Assembly (NCBI GenBank): GCA_038885755.1
Contig: JAVZZH010000003.1
Coordinates: 32,001 to 96,000, forward strand
Origin: Candidatus Caldarchaeum sp.
GTDB taxonomy: Archaea > Thermoproteota > Nitrososphaeria_A > Caldarchaeales > Caldarchaeaceae
Direction: 5' to 3'
DNA length: 64,000 nt
The notes under the pieces are model-generated. The model searched no databases, had not been told where the DNA came from, and worked only from the letters and a program-made list of their open reading frames with translations. A program made the translations under genes and the position numbers. This document shows, in pieces, positions 38,205 to 48,720 of this stretch (position 1 is its first letter; the number at the start of each line of letters is the position of its first letter).

Positions 38205-40034
38205 TTGAGGGTTCTGGAGCTGCACGTCGACTACGTCGAGTACAGGCCCGTTAGGCGTGAGGCTTCCGTGGCTGAGCATTCCTCCGGCGAACCTCAGCGT
38301 GTTGAGGAGGCTCTGCTGATGCTGGCTTCTGTGGAGCCCGACGACGATGAGAAAGTGGCTGAAGCAGCTGTAGCCGACGCTCTAGAGTTCATGCGGAGGC
38401 TCAAAGTCGGCAGGCTCGTCATCTACCCGTTCGCCCACCTCAGCAAGGAGCTGGCCAAGCCTGAGCACGCTCTCGAGGTCTTGAAAACCATGGAGAACAT
38501 AGCGGTCAGGGAAGGCGTCGAGGTCCACCGGTCGCCGTTCGGCTGGAACAAGGCCCTAGCCCTCAGCGTCAAAGGCCACCCGCTCGCAGAGAGGTCCAGA
38601 GTCTTCACACGGGCCCTAGTCCAGCAGACCAAGCAGCCGGCCGCCGAGAAAACCTACATGATCCTCACCCCCGACGGAGGCCTGTTCAAGCCGGAAGAGG
38701 TTTACGGGCTTGGCGTCGACGACGGCTTCAAGCGTCTGGTCGAGAAGGAGGCTTTGGGGAAGGCGGCTGAAGAGGTTGAGGAACCGCCGCATCACAAGGT
38801 CTTGAGGAGGCTTGGAATAGACTGGGAGGAGTTGTCCGACAGCGGCCACATGCGGTACGGCCCGGAGGGAGCTCTGGTTTACGACCTCATCTCCGACTAC
38901 GCTTCCCAGATCGTCAAGGAGCTCGGCTTCCCCGTCTACTTCGTCAAGGGAACCAACATGTTCAGCCTCGAGAGCAAGCCGATCAAGGAGCATGCAAGCT
39001 TGTTCGGGCAGCGGATGTACAGGGTGGAGGTTGACGGCAGCCCCTACGTCATGAGGTACGCGGCCTGCTTCCAGCAGTTCGCCCTCGCTAGGAAGTGGGT
39101 GATAAGCTACCGGAGCCTACCGTTCGGCATGTTCGAGGTAGCTGACAGCTACAGGCTTGAACAGAGGGGCGAGCTACTGCTGGGTTTCAGGCTGAGGAAG
39201 ATGTCGATGCCCGACCTCCACGTCTTCTGCAGAGACATCAACCAAGCTCTTGCTATGGTCGAGAGGATACACGATAGGATTTACAGCGAGATGGAGAAGA
39301 TGGGAAGAGATTACTTCTCGCTCTACAACCTCACCTCCCGCAGCTTCTTCGAGTCCAACCTCGAGTTCTTCCAGAGACTCGTCAGGAGGGAGCGTAAACC
39401 AGCCCTCCTGTCGTTCTACCCAGAGGACAGCAGCTACTACTGGGTTCTCAACATAGAGTACCATATAATCGACGGCCTCGGCAGGCCTAGGGAGATAGGC
39501 ACGGTCCAGGTGGACGTGGGGAACGCCGAACGCTTCGGCATAACGTTCGTGGACGCCGACGGAGTCAAGAAACACCCCGTCATACTTCATTCTGCTGTCA
39601 TCGGAACTGTCGAGAGATACCTTTACTCGGTCGTCGACACGGCGCTAAACAAGACACCTCCCTCCCTGCCCACATGGCTCAGCCCAACCCAGCTAAGAAT
39701 ACTGCCGCTGAACGAGAAATACGTGGATAAGGCTTTGAAGCTGGCCGCGAGGATATCGCGCGAAGGAATCAGGGTTGACGTTGACGAAAGACCCGAAAGC
39801 CTTGGTAAGAGAGTCTACGAGGCTGAGACTAATTGGATACCGTACATCGCCACGCTTGGTTCAAAGGAAGCCCGGTCGGGAAAACTGTCGGTGAGAATAA
39901 GAGGAGAGAGGAGGATAAAACAGATGACTGTCCTGAGCCTTGTGAAGCGAATCAGGAAAGAGAACGAAGGATATCCTTTCAGGCCTTTGCCCCTCCCCGC
40001 AGAGGTGTCGAAAAGACCGGTCTTCTCCGCATAG
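38205..40034 (+). CDS. thrS: Threonyl-tRNA synthetase (archaeal type with N-terminal editing domain)
   Basis: YPFAHLS, PFGWNK, RYAAC, MPDLH, HSAVIGTVER. Confidence 0.97.
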   Translation: MRVLELHVDYVEYRPVRREASVAEHSSGEPQRVEEALLMLASVEPDDDEKVAEAAVADALEFMRRLKVGRLVIYPFAHLSKELAKPEHALEVLKTMENIAVREGVEVHRSPFGWNKALALSVKGHPLAERSRVFTRALVQQTKQPAAEKTYMILTPDGGLFKPEEVYGLGVDDGFKRLVEKEALGKAAEEVEEPPHHKVLRRLGIDWEELSDSGHMRYGPEGALVYDLISDYASQIVKELGFPVYFVKGTNMFSLESKPIKEHASLFGQRMYRVEVDGSPYVMRYAACFQQFALARKWVISYRSLPFGMFEVADSYRLEQRGELLLGFRLRKMSMPDLHVFCRDINQALAMVERIHDRIYSEMEKMGRDYFSLYNLTSRSFFESNLEFFQRLVRRERKPALLSFYPEDSSYYWVLNIEYHIIDGLGRPREIGTVQVDVGNAERFGITFVDADGVKKHPVILHSAVIGTVERYLYSVVDTALNKTPPSLPTWLSPTQLRILPLNEKYVDKALKLAARISREGIRVDVDERPESLGKRVYEAETNWIPYIATLGSKEARSGKLSVRIRGERRIKQMTVLSLVKRIRKENEGYPFRPLPLPAEVSKRPVFSA

Positions 40035-40387
40035 ATGATTCAAATGTTTCGCTTACACGGATTATCCAAGAAAAACGTCGGGACGATGTCAGGTAAAACT
40101 GGTGTAAAAACACTGGGCTGTTTTCTGCAGATGTTCGGTGAACTGGAAAGACAGGCCTCTCAATGTAATTAGCTTCCTGCATTAAAAGCGGCGTGAACGT
40201 CTTCGAAACACCTACGGCTAAACATCCTTCCGGTGGTGTTATAATGCTCTGGTTGGAAGGAGCCTACCCGCTTGAGAGCTGTTTCCGGCAAAGCCCCCGG
40301 GGGCTGGCGTGGGTCGGGCGAGGCCCGCCGGGCAGAATCTGGTTGAAGAAAGCTTCCTTTTATATACGGCCAAGCAGCAGTGAAGCC

Positions 40388-41620
40388 ATGGCTGCTGCTC
40401 TTCCCATCGACCCCTACAAGGTCAGGGAAGATTTTCCGATATTCAAGCAAGGCAGGCCGCTTGTGTATCTGGACAGCACTGCGACGAGCCAAAAGCCTCG
40501 GCAGGTATTGGAGGCTATCGAGCGGTTTTACAGGACTCAAAACGCTAACGTCCACAGGGGGGTTTATGGGTTGAGTGCGGAGGCTACTGAGGAATATGAG
40601 AGGGCGCGTAGGAAAGTGGCCGAGTTCATTAATGCACGTAGCTCCCGTGAGATAGTGTTTGTGCGGAACACCACTGAAGCCCTCAACTTGGTGGCTTACA
40701 GCTTGGGGCTGAACAGCATAAAATCCGGCGGCAAAGTCGTGCTGACGATGATGGAGCACCACAGCAACATCGTCCCGTGGCAGCTCGTGGCCAGGCACAA
40801 AAGCCTCAAGCTCGACTACATCCCGCTGACCAGAGACGGATACCTAGACCTCAGCAACCTAGACAACCAGCTCAAGGGCTCAAGCGTCTTCAGCTTCGTC
40901 CACGCATCCAACGTCCTCGGCACGATCAACGACGCAAAATACTTGACGAAAGCCGCGCACGAGCACGGGGCCCTGGCCGTCGTCGACGCAGCTCAGTCAG
41001 TTCCCCACATGCCTGTTGACGTTCAGGACATTGGCTGCGATTTCATGGCTTTCAGCGGTCATAAGATGCTGGGGCCGACGGGTGTGGGGGTGTTGTACGG
41101 CAGGCGTGAGCTGCTGGAGGAGCTGGAGCCTTTCATGGGCGGTGGTGAGATGATTAAGGAGGTTTACTTGGACAGGAGTGTGTGGAACGAGGTGCCTTGG
41201 AAGTTTGAGGCGGGCACGCCGAACGTCGCTGGAGCTGTTGGGCTTGGAGCTGCAGTCGACTACCTCAAATCCATAGGGTTGGAGAAGGTGAGGGAGTACG
41301 AGCATATCCTCACCGCCAAAGCCTTGGAGACGCTGTCGGAGCTAAAGCATGTGAAGATCTACGGGCCCGAGAACCCGCGACACCGATGCGGGCTGGTTGC
41401 CTTCAACCTCGGAGACATCCACCCCCACGACCTAGCCTCCTACTTAGACGGCTTCGGAATATGCGTTAGGGCCGGTCATCACTGCGCCATGCCCACACAC
41501 ACCTATCTGGGTTTAACAGCCACTACGAGAGCAAGCTTCTACCTCTACAACCTGCCCGACGAGGTTGATGTTCTGGCTGAAGCCCTCAAAAAAGCCTCGA
41601 GCTTCTTCAAGCTAACCTAA
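40388..41620 (+). CDS. sufS: Cysteine desulfurase, SufS family
   Basis: YLDSTATSQKP, SGHKMLGPTG, RAGHHCA; TTTTATATA near 40358-40366. Confidence 0.95.
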   Translation: MAAALPIDPYKVREDFPIFKQGRPLVYLDSTATSQKPRQVLEAIERFYRTQNANVHRGVYGLSAEATEEYERARRKVAEFINARSSREIVFVRNTTEALNLVAYSLGLNSIKSGGKVVLTMMEHHSNIVPWQLVARHKSLKLDYIPLTRDGYLDLSNLDNQLKGSSVFSFVHASNVLGTINDAKYLTKAAHEHGALAVVDAAQSVPHMPVDVQDIGCDFMAFSGHKMLGPTGVGVLYGRRELLEELEPFMGGGEMIKEVYLDRSVWNEVPWKFEAGTPNVAGAVGLGAAVDYLKSIGLEKVREYEHILTAKALETLSELKHVKIYGPENPRHRCGLVAFNLGDIHPHDLASYLDGFGICVRAGHHCAMPTHTYLGLTATTRASFYLYNLPDEVDVLAEALKKASSFFKLT

Positions 41621-41766
41621 GGCTTAATCCTCGACCTCTTCCAGTGCCTCCTCCGCCTAGACGTTCTTACATTCCGCCGGGTCCTGGCGACAACCCATGC
41701 AGGCGTGGCCCAAGCCCTCCTCATCTCCCTCGACAGCCGTTTCTTGACCGCCAGCGTCTTAACCAT
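41617..41766 (-). CDS. rpl39e: 50S ribosomal protein L39e
   Basis: MVKTLAVKKRL..PAWVVART..RRHWKRSRIK, 49 aa. Confidence 0.92.
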   Translation of the reverse strand: MVKTLAVKKRLSREMRRAWATPAWVVARTRRNVRTSRRRRHWKRSRIKP

Positions 41767-41838
41767 GCACGCTGAACCTCTTAAGCATCTTATCAACCTA
41801 ATGCTTAAGACGTCGCTGGATGTTGTCGATGCCGCGGG

Positions 41839-42156
41839 TTGGCGTACGAAAGGCTTGTACGGAAGCTTACGCATGAAAACCTCTGGCTCTACGTCCTCAC
41901 CCTGCTGAGCAGGAAACCTCTCTACGGCTACGAGGTCCGGAGCATGGTCGAGAAGGAGTTCGGGTTCAAGCCGGGGGAGGTGACGTCTTACGTCGTGCTT
42001 TACAGGCTTGAGAGGAGCGGCCTTATCAAGGTTGTGAACATGGCCAAGGGCAGCCGGGGACCGTCTAGGAAGTACTACACCATCACGCCCAAGGGTGTCA
42101 AGACGCTCATGGAGGCGAAGAGGTTCCTCGCCGGGCTGGCGAGCCGGCTGGGATGA
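41839..42156 (+). CDS. PadR-family transcriptional regulator
   Basis: [23 protein letters not shown]. Confidence 0.9.
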   Translation: MAYERLVRKLTHENLWLYVLTLLSRKPLYGYEVRSMVEKEFGFKPGEVTSYVVLYRLERSGLIKVVNMAKGSRGPSRKYYTITPKGVKTLMEAKRFLAGLASRLG

Positions 42157-42206
42157 AGCTATTTTACAACCATAAAGTATTTAGCCATGCAAAACACTCG
42201 ATAAAC

Positions 42207-43280
42207 ATGCCCAAGGTAAAAGTAGCCATAATAGGAGTAGGCAACTGCGCCTCAGCCCTCGTCCAAGGAGTCTATTTCTACAAGGACGTGGACGACGATG
42301 CTCTTGTTCCGGGACTCATGCATACGAGGCTGGGAGGCTATCATGTAGGCGACATAGAGTTCGTAGCCGCGTTCGACGTCGACAGAAACAAGGTGGGCCT
42401 CGACCTTTCCAAGGCCATCTTCCAGAAGCCGAACTGCACGCTGAAGTTCGCCGACGTGCCGCATCTAGGTGTGGAAGTCATGCGCGGGATGACTCATGAC
42501 AGCATCGGCAAGTATTTGAAGGATGTAGTTGTAAAGCATGATTCCCCCACGGTTGACGTGGCCGATGTTCTAAAAAGCTCTGGCGCCGACGTTGTAGTGA
42601 ATTTCCTCCCCGTGGGAAGCGAGTCGGCTACGAAATGGTATGTCGAGCAGGCGTTGATGGCCGGAACAGGCTTCGTCAACGGCATCCCGGTCTTCATAGC
42701 ACGTGAGAAGAGATGGCAGGAAGTCTTCGCAAAACGCAACATCCCGCTGATAGGCGACGACGTCAAGTCCCAAGTCGGTGCGACGATACTCCACAGAGTG
42801 CTTACCAAGCTCTTCGTCGACAGAGGCGTGAAGATCGAGAGAAGTTATCAGCTGAACTTCGGCGGCAACACAGACTTCTTGAACATGCTCGAGAGGGAGA
42901 GGCTGCAGTCCAAGAAGATCTCCAAGACGCAGGCAGTCACGTCGCTCATTCCTTACGAGCTCAGCCCCGACAGAATCCACATAGGGCCGAGCGACTACGT
43001 TCCTTGGCTGGAGGACCGTAAGTGGGCCTACATACGGGTCGAGGGGTCTTCATTCGGCAACGCTCCGCTGAACGTGGAGGTCAAGCTGGAGGTCTGGGAC
43101 AGCCCCAACTCGGCTGGCGTGGTGATAGACGCCGTCAGATGCATCAAGATAGCGCGGGACAGAGGCGTTGGAGGAGTGCTTGAGGGCCCCTCTGCATACT
43201 TCATGAAATCACCGCCCAAACAATATCCAGACGACGTTGCTAGGAGTATGGTCGAGGACTTTATAGCTGGGAGGGCTTAG
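42207..43280 (+). CDS. ino1: myo-Inositol-1-phosphate synthase
   Basis: [34 protein letters not shown]. Confidence 0.95.
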   Translation: MPKVKVAIIGVGNCASALVQGVYFYKDVDDDALVPGLMHTRLGGYHVGDIEFVAAFDVDRNKVGLDLSKAIFQKPNCTLKFADVPHLGVEVMRGMTHDSIGKYLKDVVVKHDSPTVDVADVLKSSGADVVVNFLPVGSESATKWYVEQALMAGTGFVNGIPVFIAREKRWQEVFAKRNIPLIGDDVKSQVGATILHRVLTKLFVDRGVKIERSYQLNFGGNTDFLNMLERERLQSKKISKTQAVTSLIPYELSPDRIHIGPSDYVPWLEDRKWAYIRVEGSSFGNAPLNVEVKLEVWDSPNSAGVVIDAVRCIKIARDRGVGGVLEGPSAYFMKSPPKQYPDDVARSMVEDFIAGRA

Positions 43281-44377
43281 CCGGAGACGGCCTCGACATC
43301 CCGTGAGCCGAAAACCTCCCCCAGCCTCCTCAATCCATGCCTCTTGAACTCAGGCGACAGCCTAGACGCCTTCAAAGCATCGACGACCTGCTGAAACCTC
43401 CACAGGAAATGGTCTTCGCTGTACCTCTTCACAGCCTCAAGAGGCTCGAGAGCCGGGTCGGTGAGGCTCGGCATGATGCCGTACTGGACGTAGACGCTGA
43501 ACGCCAGCAGCCTAATAATCCCCCTCCCAACCTTTTTAACGGCCAGCAACTGCTCATAATCCTTCGGAGTGTTATTCTCCAGTTCGTGCAGAACGGACCA
43601 GTTTATCTTCTCGCTGGGCCGTAGAAAATCAGCCACCTGCTTCCCTTCATCGCTCAGAGTCGTCTGGTTAGACAACCTGCCGAAAGCGTACAACCTCTGC
43701 AGCTTCGAAACACTCTGGGACAAGACCTCGAGAGACGCCCTCCTCGAGCTTCTGCTCGCTTCAGCGGTCATGTCCAAGACCCTTGGCCTTTTCTCGGCGG
43801 AGATGATCCCGGTGTGAGGCTCCTCGACGAAGCTCCGCAGATATCCCGAGAACCAGTGATAACGCCTAACCGACTGTGAGTAGGGGTTGAGGCTCTGCTG
43901 GATGACGGACCACATCCCGCTGTGGGAGAGGACCATCATGTGGAAGTAGAGGTCGTAGCCGTCCTGAAGAGCTACGCTGTCCGTTTTAGCCACCATCCTG
44001 CTGCAGTACAGCAGGTGCTCCACCTGTCTCTCCGTGAAGCCGAACAGTTCGCCGACCTGCGGCAGCTCTTGGGGGATTTTGAAACGGTTTGCGAACCGAC
44101 CGCCCAGAGCAACCACCCCGTTCCTGACATTCAAGCACTCCTTCAAAATGGACCCCATCACGAGGGTCGAGTCGCCCCACGTCTCGTCAAGGTCGCTGAC
44201 AACTATTATGAAGTCTGTGAAGAAGGGCTCGGCGAACCCCTCGACCAGTTCATCGGGACCGTGAAGGCTGATGAATGAGTGGACGACCTCGCTGAGCAGC
44301 TGCCTCGACCTGTTGTAGTTGAAGCGGGCGGTTTTACCACCCCATCCACGAAGGTCTTTTACGCCTCCACGATACAT
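43277..44377 (-). CDS. Divergent DUF763-family paralog
   Basis: [36 protein letters not shown]. Confidence 0.75.
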   Translation of the reverse strand: MYRGGVKDLRGWGGKTARFNYNRSRQLLSEVVHSFISLHGPDELVEGFAEPFFTDFIIVVSDLDETWGDSTLVMGSILKECLNVRNGVVALGGRFANRFKIPQELPQVGELFGFTERQVEHLLYCSRMVAKTDSVALQDGYDLYFHMMVLSHSGMWSVIQQSLNPYSQSVRRYHWFSGYLRSFVEEPHTGIISAEKRPRVLDMTAEASRSSRRASLEVLSQSVSKLQRLYAFGRLSNQTTLSDEGKQVADFLRPSEKINWSVLHELENNTPKDYEQLLAVKKVGRGIIRLLAFSVYVQYGIMPSLTDPALEPLEAVKRYSEDHFLWRFQQVVDALKASRLSPEFKRHGLRRLGEVFGSRDVEAVSG

Positions 44378-44455
44378 AACTGTATGAGGCTTTTCACGCC
44401 TGCTTTTATTATTGTTTATCTCGTGAACTAAACACAATACCACAGACTTCTGTAC

Positions 44456-44656
44456 TTAATACGCTCGCCTTCTCTGAAAAACCTTGAAAACGAACACGGC
44501 GACAGAAAGAAGAAGTGGCAGGTAAATTGAGAAGAATGAAAAAACGGGTGTCAGCTGGAAGCCCGCCAGCTGCAGGGCCGAGGAGAAGGCGGCGACGGCC
44601 GCCAGAAGAATGGACGCATCCCTCCACGCCCTCGTGTCGTCGCTCAGCCCAATCAC
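44456..44656 (-). CDS. Small 2-TM membrane protein downstream of rpo6
   Basis: Two hydrophobic helices; 4-nt overlap with rpo6. Confidence 0.55.
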   Translation of the reverse strand: MIGLSDDTRAWRDASILLAAVAAFSSALQLAGFQLTPVFSFFSIYLPLLLSVAVFVFKVFQRRRAY

Positions 44657-44913
44657 CTGCTTTCCCTGACCAGGTCTCTCAGCGGGATGTCGACGTAGCT
44701 CCCGTCAGACCGCTTCCTTCTTATGATGATGGGCAGGACGCCGCGTTCAAACTCTCTCCGCGCTATGTCTATGTGTGTGTCCCCGGGCCTTACCTCGACC
44801 AAAGGGAAAGCACCTAGGGAAATTTGGAGGGCCCGTCCGCCGATAATCCTTGCTTTCTCGTATTTTGTAAGGCGGTTGGGGGCGGGCTTGAATTCAGTCT
44901 TCTGACTCGCCAA
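44653..44913 (-). CDS. rpo6: RNA polymerase subunit Rpo6 (RpoK)
   Basis: [25 protein letters not shown]. Confidence 0.96.
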   Translation of the reverse strand: MASQKTEFKPAPNRLTKYEKARIIGGRALQISLGAFPLVEVRPGDTHIDIARREFERGVLPIIIRRKRSDGSYVDIPLRDLVRESR

Positions 44914-46552
44914 CTCCGCCTTCTTCCTTTCCTTCTCCCTTCTTGCTCGGTGAAGGGGTCTCCAACCTTGACGCAGCTATGATGTCGTCGATCTTCAACA
45001 CCATGGCCGCAGCTTCGACGGCAGACTTGATAGTCTGCTTCTTCACCAGCAGCGGGTCTATAACCTCGAGCTTCTGCATGTCCGCTATCTCGCCTTTGAA
45101 GACGTTTATGCCGTACGTCAGACCGCCCTCCTTGTGCTTAGACGTAAGGCTGACGATGGCCTCGATCGGGTCCATGCCGCTGCTTTCAGCCAGCTGCGAC
45201 GGAATAGCCTCAAGTGCTTCGGCGAACTTGTTCACAGCCAGCTGCTCCTTCCCCGGAAGAGTTTTTGCATAATCCCTCAGCCTGAGCGCTGTCTCGATCT
45301 CACCCGCTCCGCCGCCTGCGATTACCTTCCCCTCAACGATAACGTCCTTGACAACGTTGATGGCGTCCTTCAACGACCTCTCAGCCTCGTCGACAATCCT
45401 CTGAGTGCCGCCTCGTATGAGGATGGTTAAGGACCTTGGGTTGTCGCAGCCCTCCACGAACACCATCTTGTCCTCCCCCACACGCCTCTCCTCGACCAAG
45501 GCAGCCTTGCCAAGGTCAGCAGGCGTTAGGTCGTCGATCCGTGATATTACACGGCCGTTCGTGGCTTTAGCCAGCTTGTCCATGTCGCTCTTCTTTATCC
45601 GCCTTACAGCCATTATGCCTTTCTTGGCTAGGAAGTACTGGGCGAGGTCGTCTATGCCCTTCTGGCAGAGGACGACGTTCGCGCCTGTGGAGGCTATCTT
45701 CTCAACCATCTGCTTCAGCATGTCCTCCTCCTGCTTCATGAAAGCCCTCATCTGCTCCGGCGACTCGATGTTCAGCTTGGCGTCAAACTCCGTCTTCTCA
45801 ATCTCCAGCGCCGCATCGAGTAGAGCGATCTTCGCGTTCCTGACGAGCTTAGGCATGTCTGCGTGGACAACCTCCTTGTCGAGGACGATTCCCTCAACCA
45901 GCGACGTATCCCTCAGCGACTGACCCTCCTTCTTCTCCAGCTTGACGTCGTCCAAGTCAACTTTCCACTTATCACCGACTTTCTCAGCCACCCGTGTCAC
46001 GGCCTCGACCACTACGTCGGCCAAGTAGTCCGCCTCCTCGCTCACAAGCTTGCTTATCATGGCTGTCTTGGCGACTTTCTTCAGCAACGCCTTGTCAGTC
46101 GGGCTGGCCTTTATGCCGATCTCGTCGAGAATCTCCAGAGCTTTGACAGCCGCCTTCCTGTATCCCTCGATGACTATCGTCGGATGGACTTCTTTCTCGA
46201 TGAGCTCCTCGGCCTTGGCCAGCAGCTCGCCGGCTAGGACAACAGTTGACGTCGTCCCGTCTCCCACCTCCTCGTCCTGAGCCTTCGAAACCTCCACCAG
46301 CATCTTGGCCACAGGATGCTCGACGTCCATCTCCTTCAGGATAGTGGCTCCGTCGTTGGTGATGACTATGTCGCCGAAGCTGTCGACCAGCATCTTGTCC
46401 ATCCCCCTCGGGCCGAGCGAAGACTTCATGGTCTCGGCGATGATCTTCGCCACCATGATGTTGGCGCTCTGCACCTCCCTTCCACGCATCCTCTTCGCTC
46501 CTTCCTTCAAAATTATAACAGGCTGCGTAGGCGTACCTACTGTTGCTGCCAT
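44894..46552 (-). CDS. ths: Thermosome (group II chaperonin) subunit
   Basis: [30 protein letters not shown]. Confidence 0.97.
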   Translation of the reverse strand: MAATVGTPTQPVIILKEGAKRMRGREVQSANIMVAKIIAETMKSSLGPRGMDKMLVDSFGDIVITNDGATILKEMDVEHPVAKMLVEVSKAQDEEVGDGTTSTVVLAGELLAKAEELIEKEVHPTIVIEGYRKAAVKALEILDEIGIKASPTDKALLKKVAKTAMISKLVSEEADYLADVVVEAVTRVAEKVGDKWKVDLDDVKLEKKEGQSLRDTSLVEGIVLDKEVVHADMPKLVRNAKIALLDAALEIEKTEFDAKLNIESPEQMRAFMKQEEDMLKQMVEKIASTGANVVLCQKGIDDLAQYFLAKKGIMAVRRIKKSDMDKLAKATNGRVISRIDDLTPADLGKAALVEERRVGEDKMVFVEGCDNPRSLTILIRGGTQRIVDEAERSLKDAINVVKDVIVEGKVIAGGGAGEIETALRLRDYAKTLPGKEQLAVNKFAEALEAIPSQLAESSGMDPIEAIVSLTSKHKEGGLTYGINVFKGEIADMQKLEVIDPLLVKKQTIKSAVEAAAMVLKIDDIIAASRLETPSPSKKGEGKEEGGVGESED

Positions 46553-46624
46553 ACTACATCACTCCTAGCTATGGACGGGTTAAGGCTTTTTATAGACCTT
46601 TCTCACCCATGGCTTGGGCCAAGC

Positions 46625-46647
46625 TTTAATACAGCTGGAGGTATTAC
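46625..46647 (+). promoter_or_regulatory. TATA box overlapped by inverted repeat TAATAC-N8-GTATTA (candidate RHH operator)
   Basis: TTTAATAC 46625-46632 and GTATTAC 46641-46647 directly upstream of ATG 46660. Confidence 0.5.
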
Positions 46648-46659
46648 GGTAAGCTTGGT

Positions 46660-46803
46660 ATGAAGCTGATATCGGTCAAAATGCCTGAGGCTTTGATAGA
46701 CGGGATGGACGAGCTCATCAAGAAAGGAGTTTACCCGAGCCGGAGCGCTCTCATGAGGACCGCTGTCAGAGACCTGCTGCGGAAGGAGCTGTGGAAGGCT
46801 TAG
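46660..46803 (+). CDS. Small ribbon-helix-helix regulator, CdrS/aCcr1-like (not in ORF track)
   Basis: Manual translation MKLISVKMPEALIDGMDELIKKGVYPSRSALMRTAVRDLLRKELWKA. Confidence 0.88.
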   Translation: MKLISVKMPEALIDGMDELIKKGVYPSRSALMRTAVRDLLRKELWKA

Positions 46804-47495
46804 AGCCTGAACGGGAAGCTTTCGACGAAGACGAGACGGCCGTAGACGTAGCGTGCGTCGGAGACGGAGTCTGTGAAGTGGATGGAGCCGCCGCCTGAGA
46901 CAGGTTTGTAGGCTATGAAGGGGGCTGTGGGCTTGGCCTCAAGCTCTGTGAAGTAGACTAGAGGGAGGGCAGCCGAGTCGTAGTACTCGAACAGAGGATA
47001 TATGACGCCGGCCAAGTATCGACCGCCCTTTTTGAAGCACCAGAGAGGCGGGTTTGAGGCTTCGTCCGTCATGGCTGAGACAAGCCGCATCAGCGAGTCG
47101 AGGGATTTCACGTGGACGGATTCGAGTCCGGGAATTTTTCTCGCAACCGTGGTTGTTAAAGCTTTCCCGACAAGCTCCGGCACAGGCTCCACCTCCACGA
47201 CCGGGAAGGATACAAACCTCCCTGTTTCGGGGATGTCTGAGAAACGGGCCATCTCATGCTCTAGAGGCGTGTATACGACGTACTGCAGGGGCTTTGCCGC
47301 CGTTTCGACGTAAACCAGCAGAGGTATGCTGTATTTTCTGAAGGGTAGGGTGAAGAGGTGGGCTAAGACGTGCTTCGAGCCTATCTTGAAGTAGTGCAGT
47401 GGAGGGATGTAGTCCGCCCGTGAGGCTACGACCCGCACGAGGCTGGGCAGGTCCTCGACCTTCATCGGAACCGGGGCCTTGTCTCGCCTGCTCAT
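46800..47495 (-). CDS. Hypothetical protein made of two tandem homologous domains
   Basis: VEDLPSLVRVV..PPLHYF..PLLVY repeats as VKSLDSLMRLV..PPLWCF..PLVYF. Confidence 0.75.
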   Translation of the reverse strand: MSRRDKAPVPMKVEDLPSLVRVVASRADYIPPLHYFKIGSKHVLAHLFTLPFRKYSIPLLVYVETAAKPLQYVVYTPLEHEMARFSDIPETGRFVSFPVVEVEPVPELVGKALTTTVARKIPGLESVHVKSLDSLMRLVSAMTDEASNPPLWCFKKGGRYLAGVIYPLFEYYDSAALPLVYFTELEAKPTAPFIAYKPVSGGGSIHFTDSVSDARYVYGRLVFVESFPFRL

Positions 47496-47569
47496 TACCT
47501 GGTCTGACGCCGTCTACTACCTTCAGCCCGCTAGGTTAAAAACCTGCGCCAAATCATCTACACGCTTCT

Positions 47570-48397
47570 TCAAGGCTCGGTGTGGGCTCTAGGGTAGGAG
47601 CCTAAAACCTTGACAAAGGTCGTGAGAGACGCGAGCTCCACCAACGCTCTCCTGACCTTATCATCCTCCTGATGCCCCTCAAAATCCACGAAGAAGTAAT
47701 ACTCCCAAGGCCTCTGCCTAGTAGGCCTGGATTCTATCTTCGTCAGGTTGATGTTGTTTCGGGCGAAGGCGCCTAGGGCGTTGTAGAGTGCGCCGGGTTT
47801 GTGCGTGGTCGAGAATATTATCGACGTCTTACTGTCGGGCTGACTAGGGGCGTCCTTCGTCGAAACCACTAGAAACCTTGTGTAGTTGTGGCCATAGTCC
47901 TCTATTCCTCTGGCCAGAACTTTCAAGCCGTAAAGCTTCGCAGCCCGTTCGCTAGCCACCGCAGCAGCCTCCCTCAACCCCTTCTCCCCAATCATCTTTA
48001 CGCTTCCGGCTGTGTCGTACGTGACCACGGTCTCGGCGCCCAGCGAGGTGAGGAAACCACGGCACTGGGCGAGGGCTTGTGGATGAGAATAGACGACCCT
48101 GACCTCGTTGAGGCTCGTTTCAGGCAGAGCTATCAGGCAGTGTCTTATCCTGAGGATTATCTCTCCGACGACTTTGACGCTGGAGTTGAGGAACATGTCG
48201 TAGGTCTCTGCCACGCTGCCCTCGATGCTGTTCTCAACCGGCACCACACCGTAGTCGACCACACGCGCCTCAGTATACTTGAAGACGTCTCGGATGGTTT
48301 TGCATGGAACTGTCTCGACCTCCTCCCCGAAGAAAGACACTATCGCCTCCTCGCTGTAAGCTCCACGCTCGCCCTGGAATGCCACCGATGTCTTCAC
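47570..48397 (-). CDS. pheA: Prephenate dehydratase
   Basis: FQGERGAYS, PVENSIEG, SHPQALAQC, TRF, ESRP. Confidence 0.96.
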   Translation of the reverse strand: MKTSVAFQGERGAYSEEAIVSFFGEEVETVPCKTIRDVFKYTEARVVDYGVVPVENSIEGSVAETYDMFLNSSVKVVGEIILRIRHCLIALPETSLNEVRVVYSHPQALAQCRGFLTSLGAETVVTYDTAGSVKMIGEKGLREAAAVASERAAKLYGLKVLARGIEDYGHNYTRFLVVSTKDAPSQPDSKTSIIFSTTHKPGALYNALGAFARNNINLTKIESRPTRQRPWEYYFFVDFEGHQEDDKVRRALVELASLTTFVKVLGSYPRAHTEP

Positions 48398-48480
48398 ACG
48401 CTGTTCGACGGTTTTAAGCGTCGTACGTATTTAAATTAATGCAAGCCATGCTTAAATACCCTCATGCTGATCTTCGTGCT

Positions 48481-48720
48481 GTGAGGCCGCAGCGGGCGGC
48501 TGGGAAGCTGGGCGGCGACATCAAGCAGTGTCTCGAGGTTCAGATAGGTAAAACGGGTGAAATAAACACGGAGTACGGAGGCTTTGAGATCACGGTCAAC
48601 GAGCCCGCTTACTTTCCGTGGCATGACTGTCTGGCTACTCTTTTGAACCACGGGTATGGGGTGTGGGTTTCGAAGAAGAAGGACAGGATTGTTATAATAG
48701 CCAAGCCTGAGGAGGACTAA
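48481..48720 (+). CDS. Small hypothetical protein
   Basis: Open frame with coding-like composition; TTAAATA ~25 nt before GTG 48481. Confidence 0.55.
   Translation: MRPQRAAGKLGGDIKQCLEVQIGKTGEINTEYGGFEITVNEPAYFPWHDCLATLLNHGYGVWVSKKKDRIVIIAKPEED

Noticed and set aside
40193-40387. N-terminal extensions of sufS, argF, ino1, DUF996 and the HsdR-like ORF in the ORF track
   Set aside because: TATA boxes and family homology point to downstream starts
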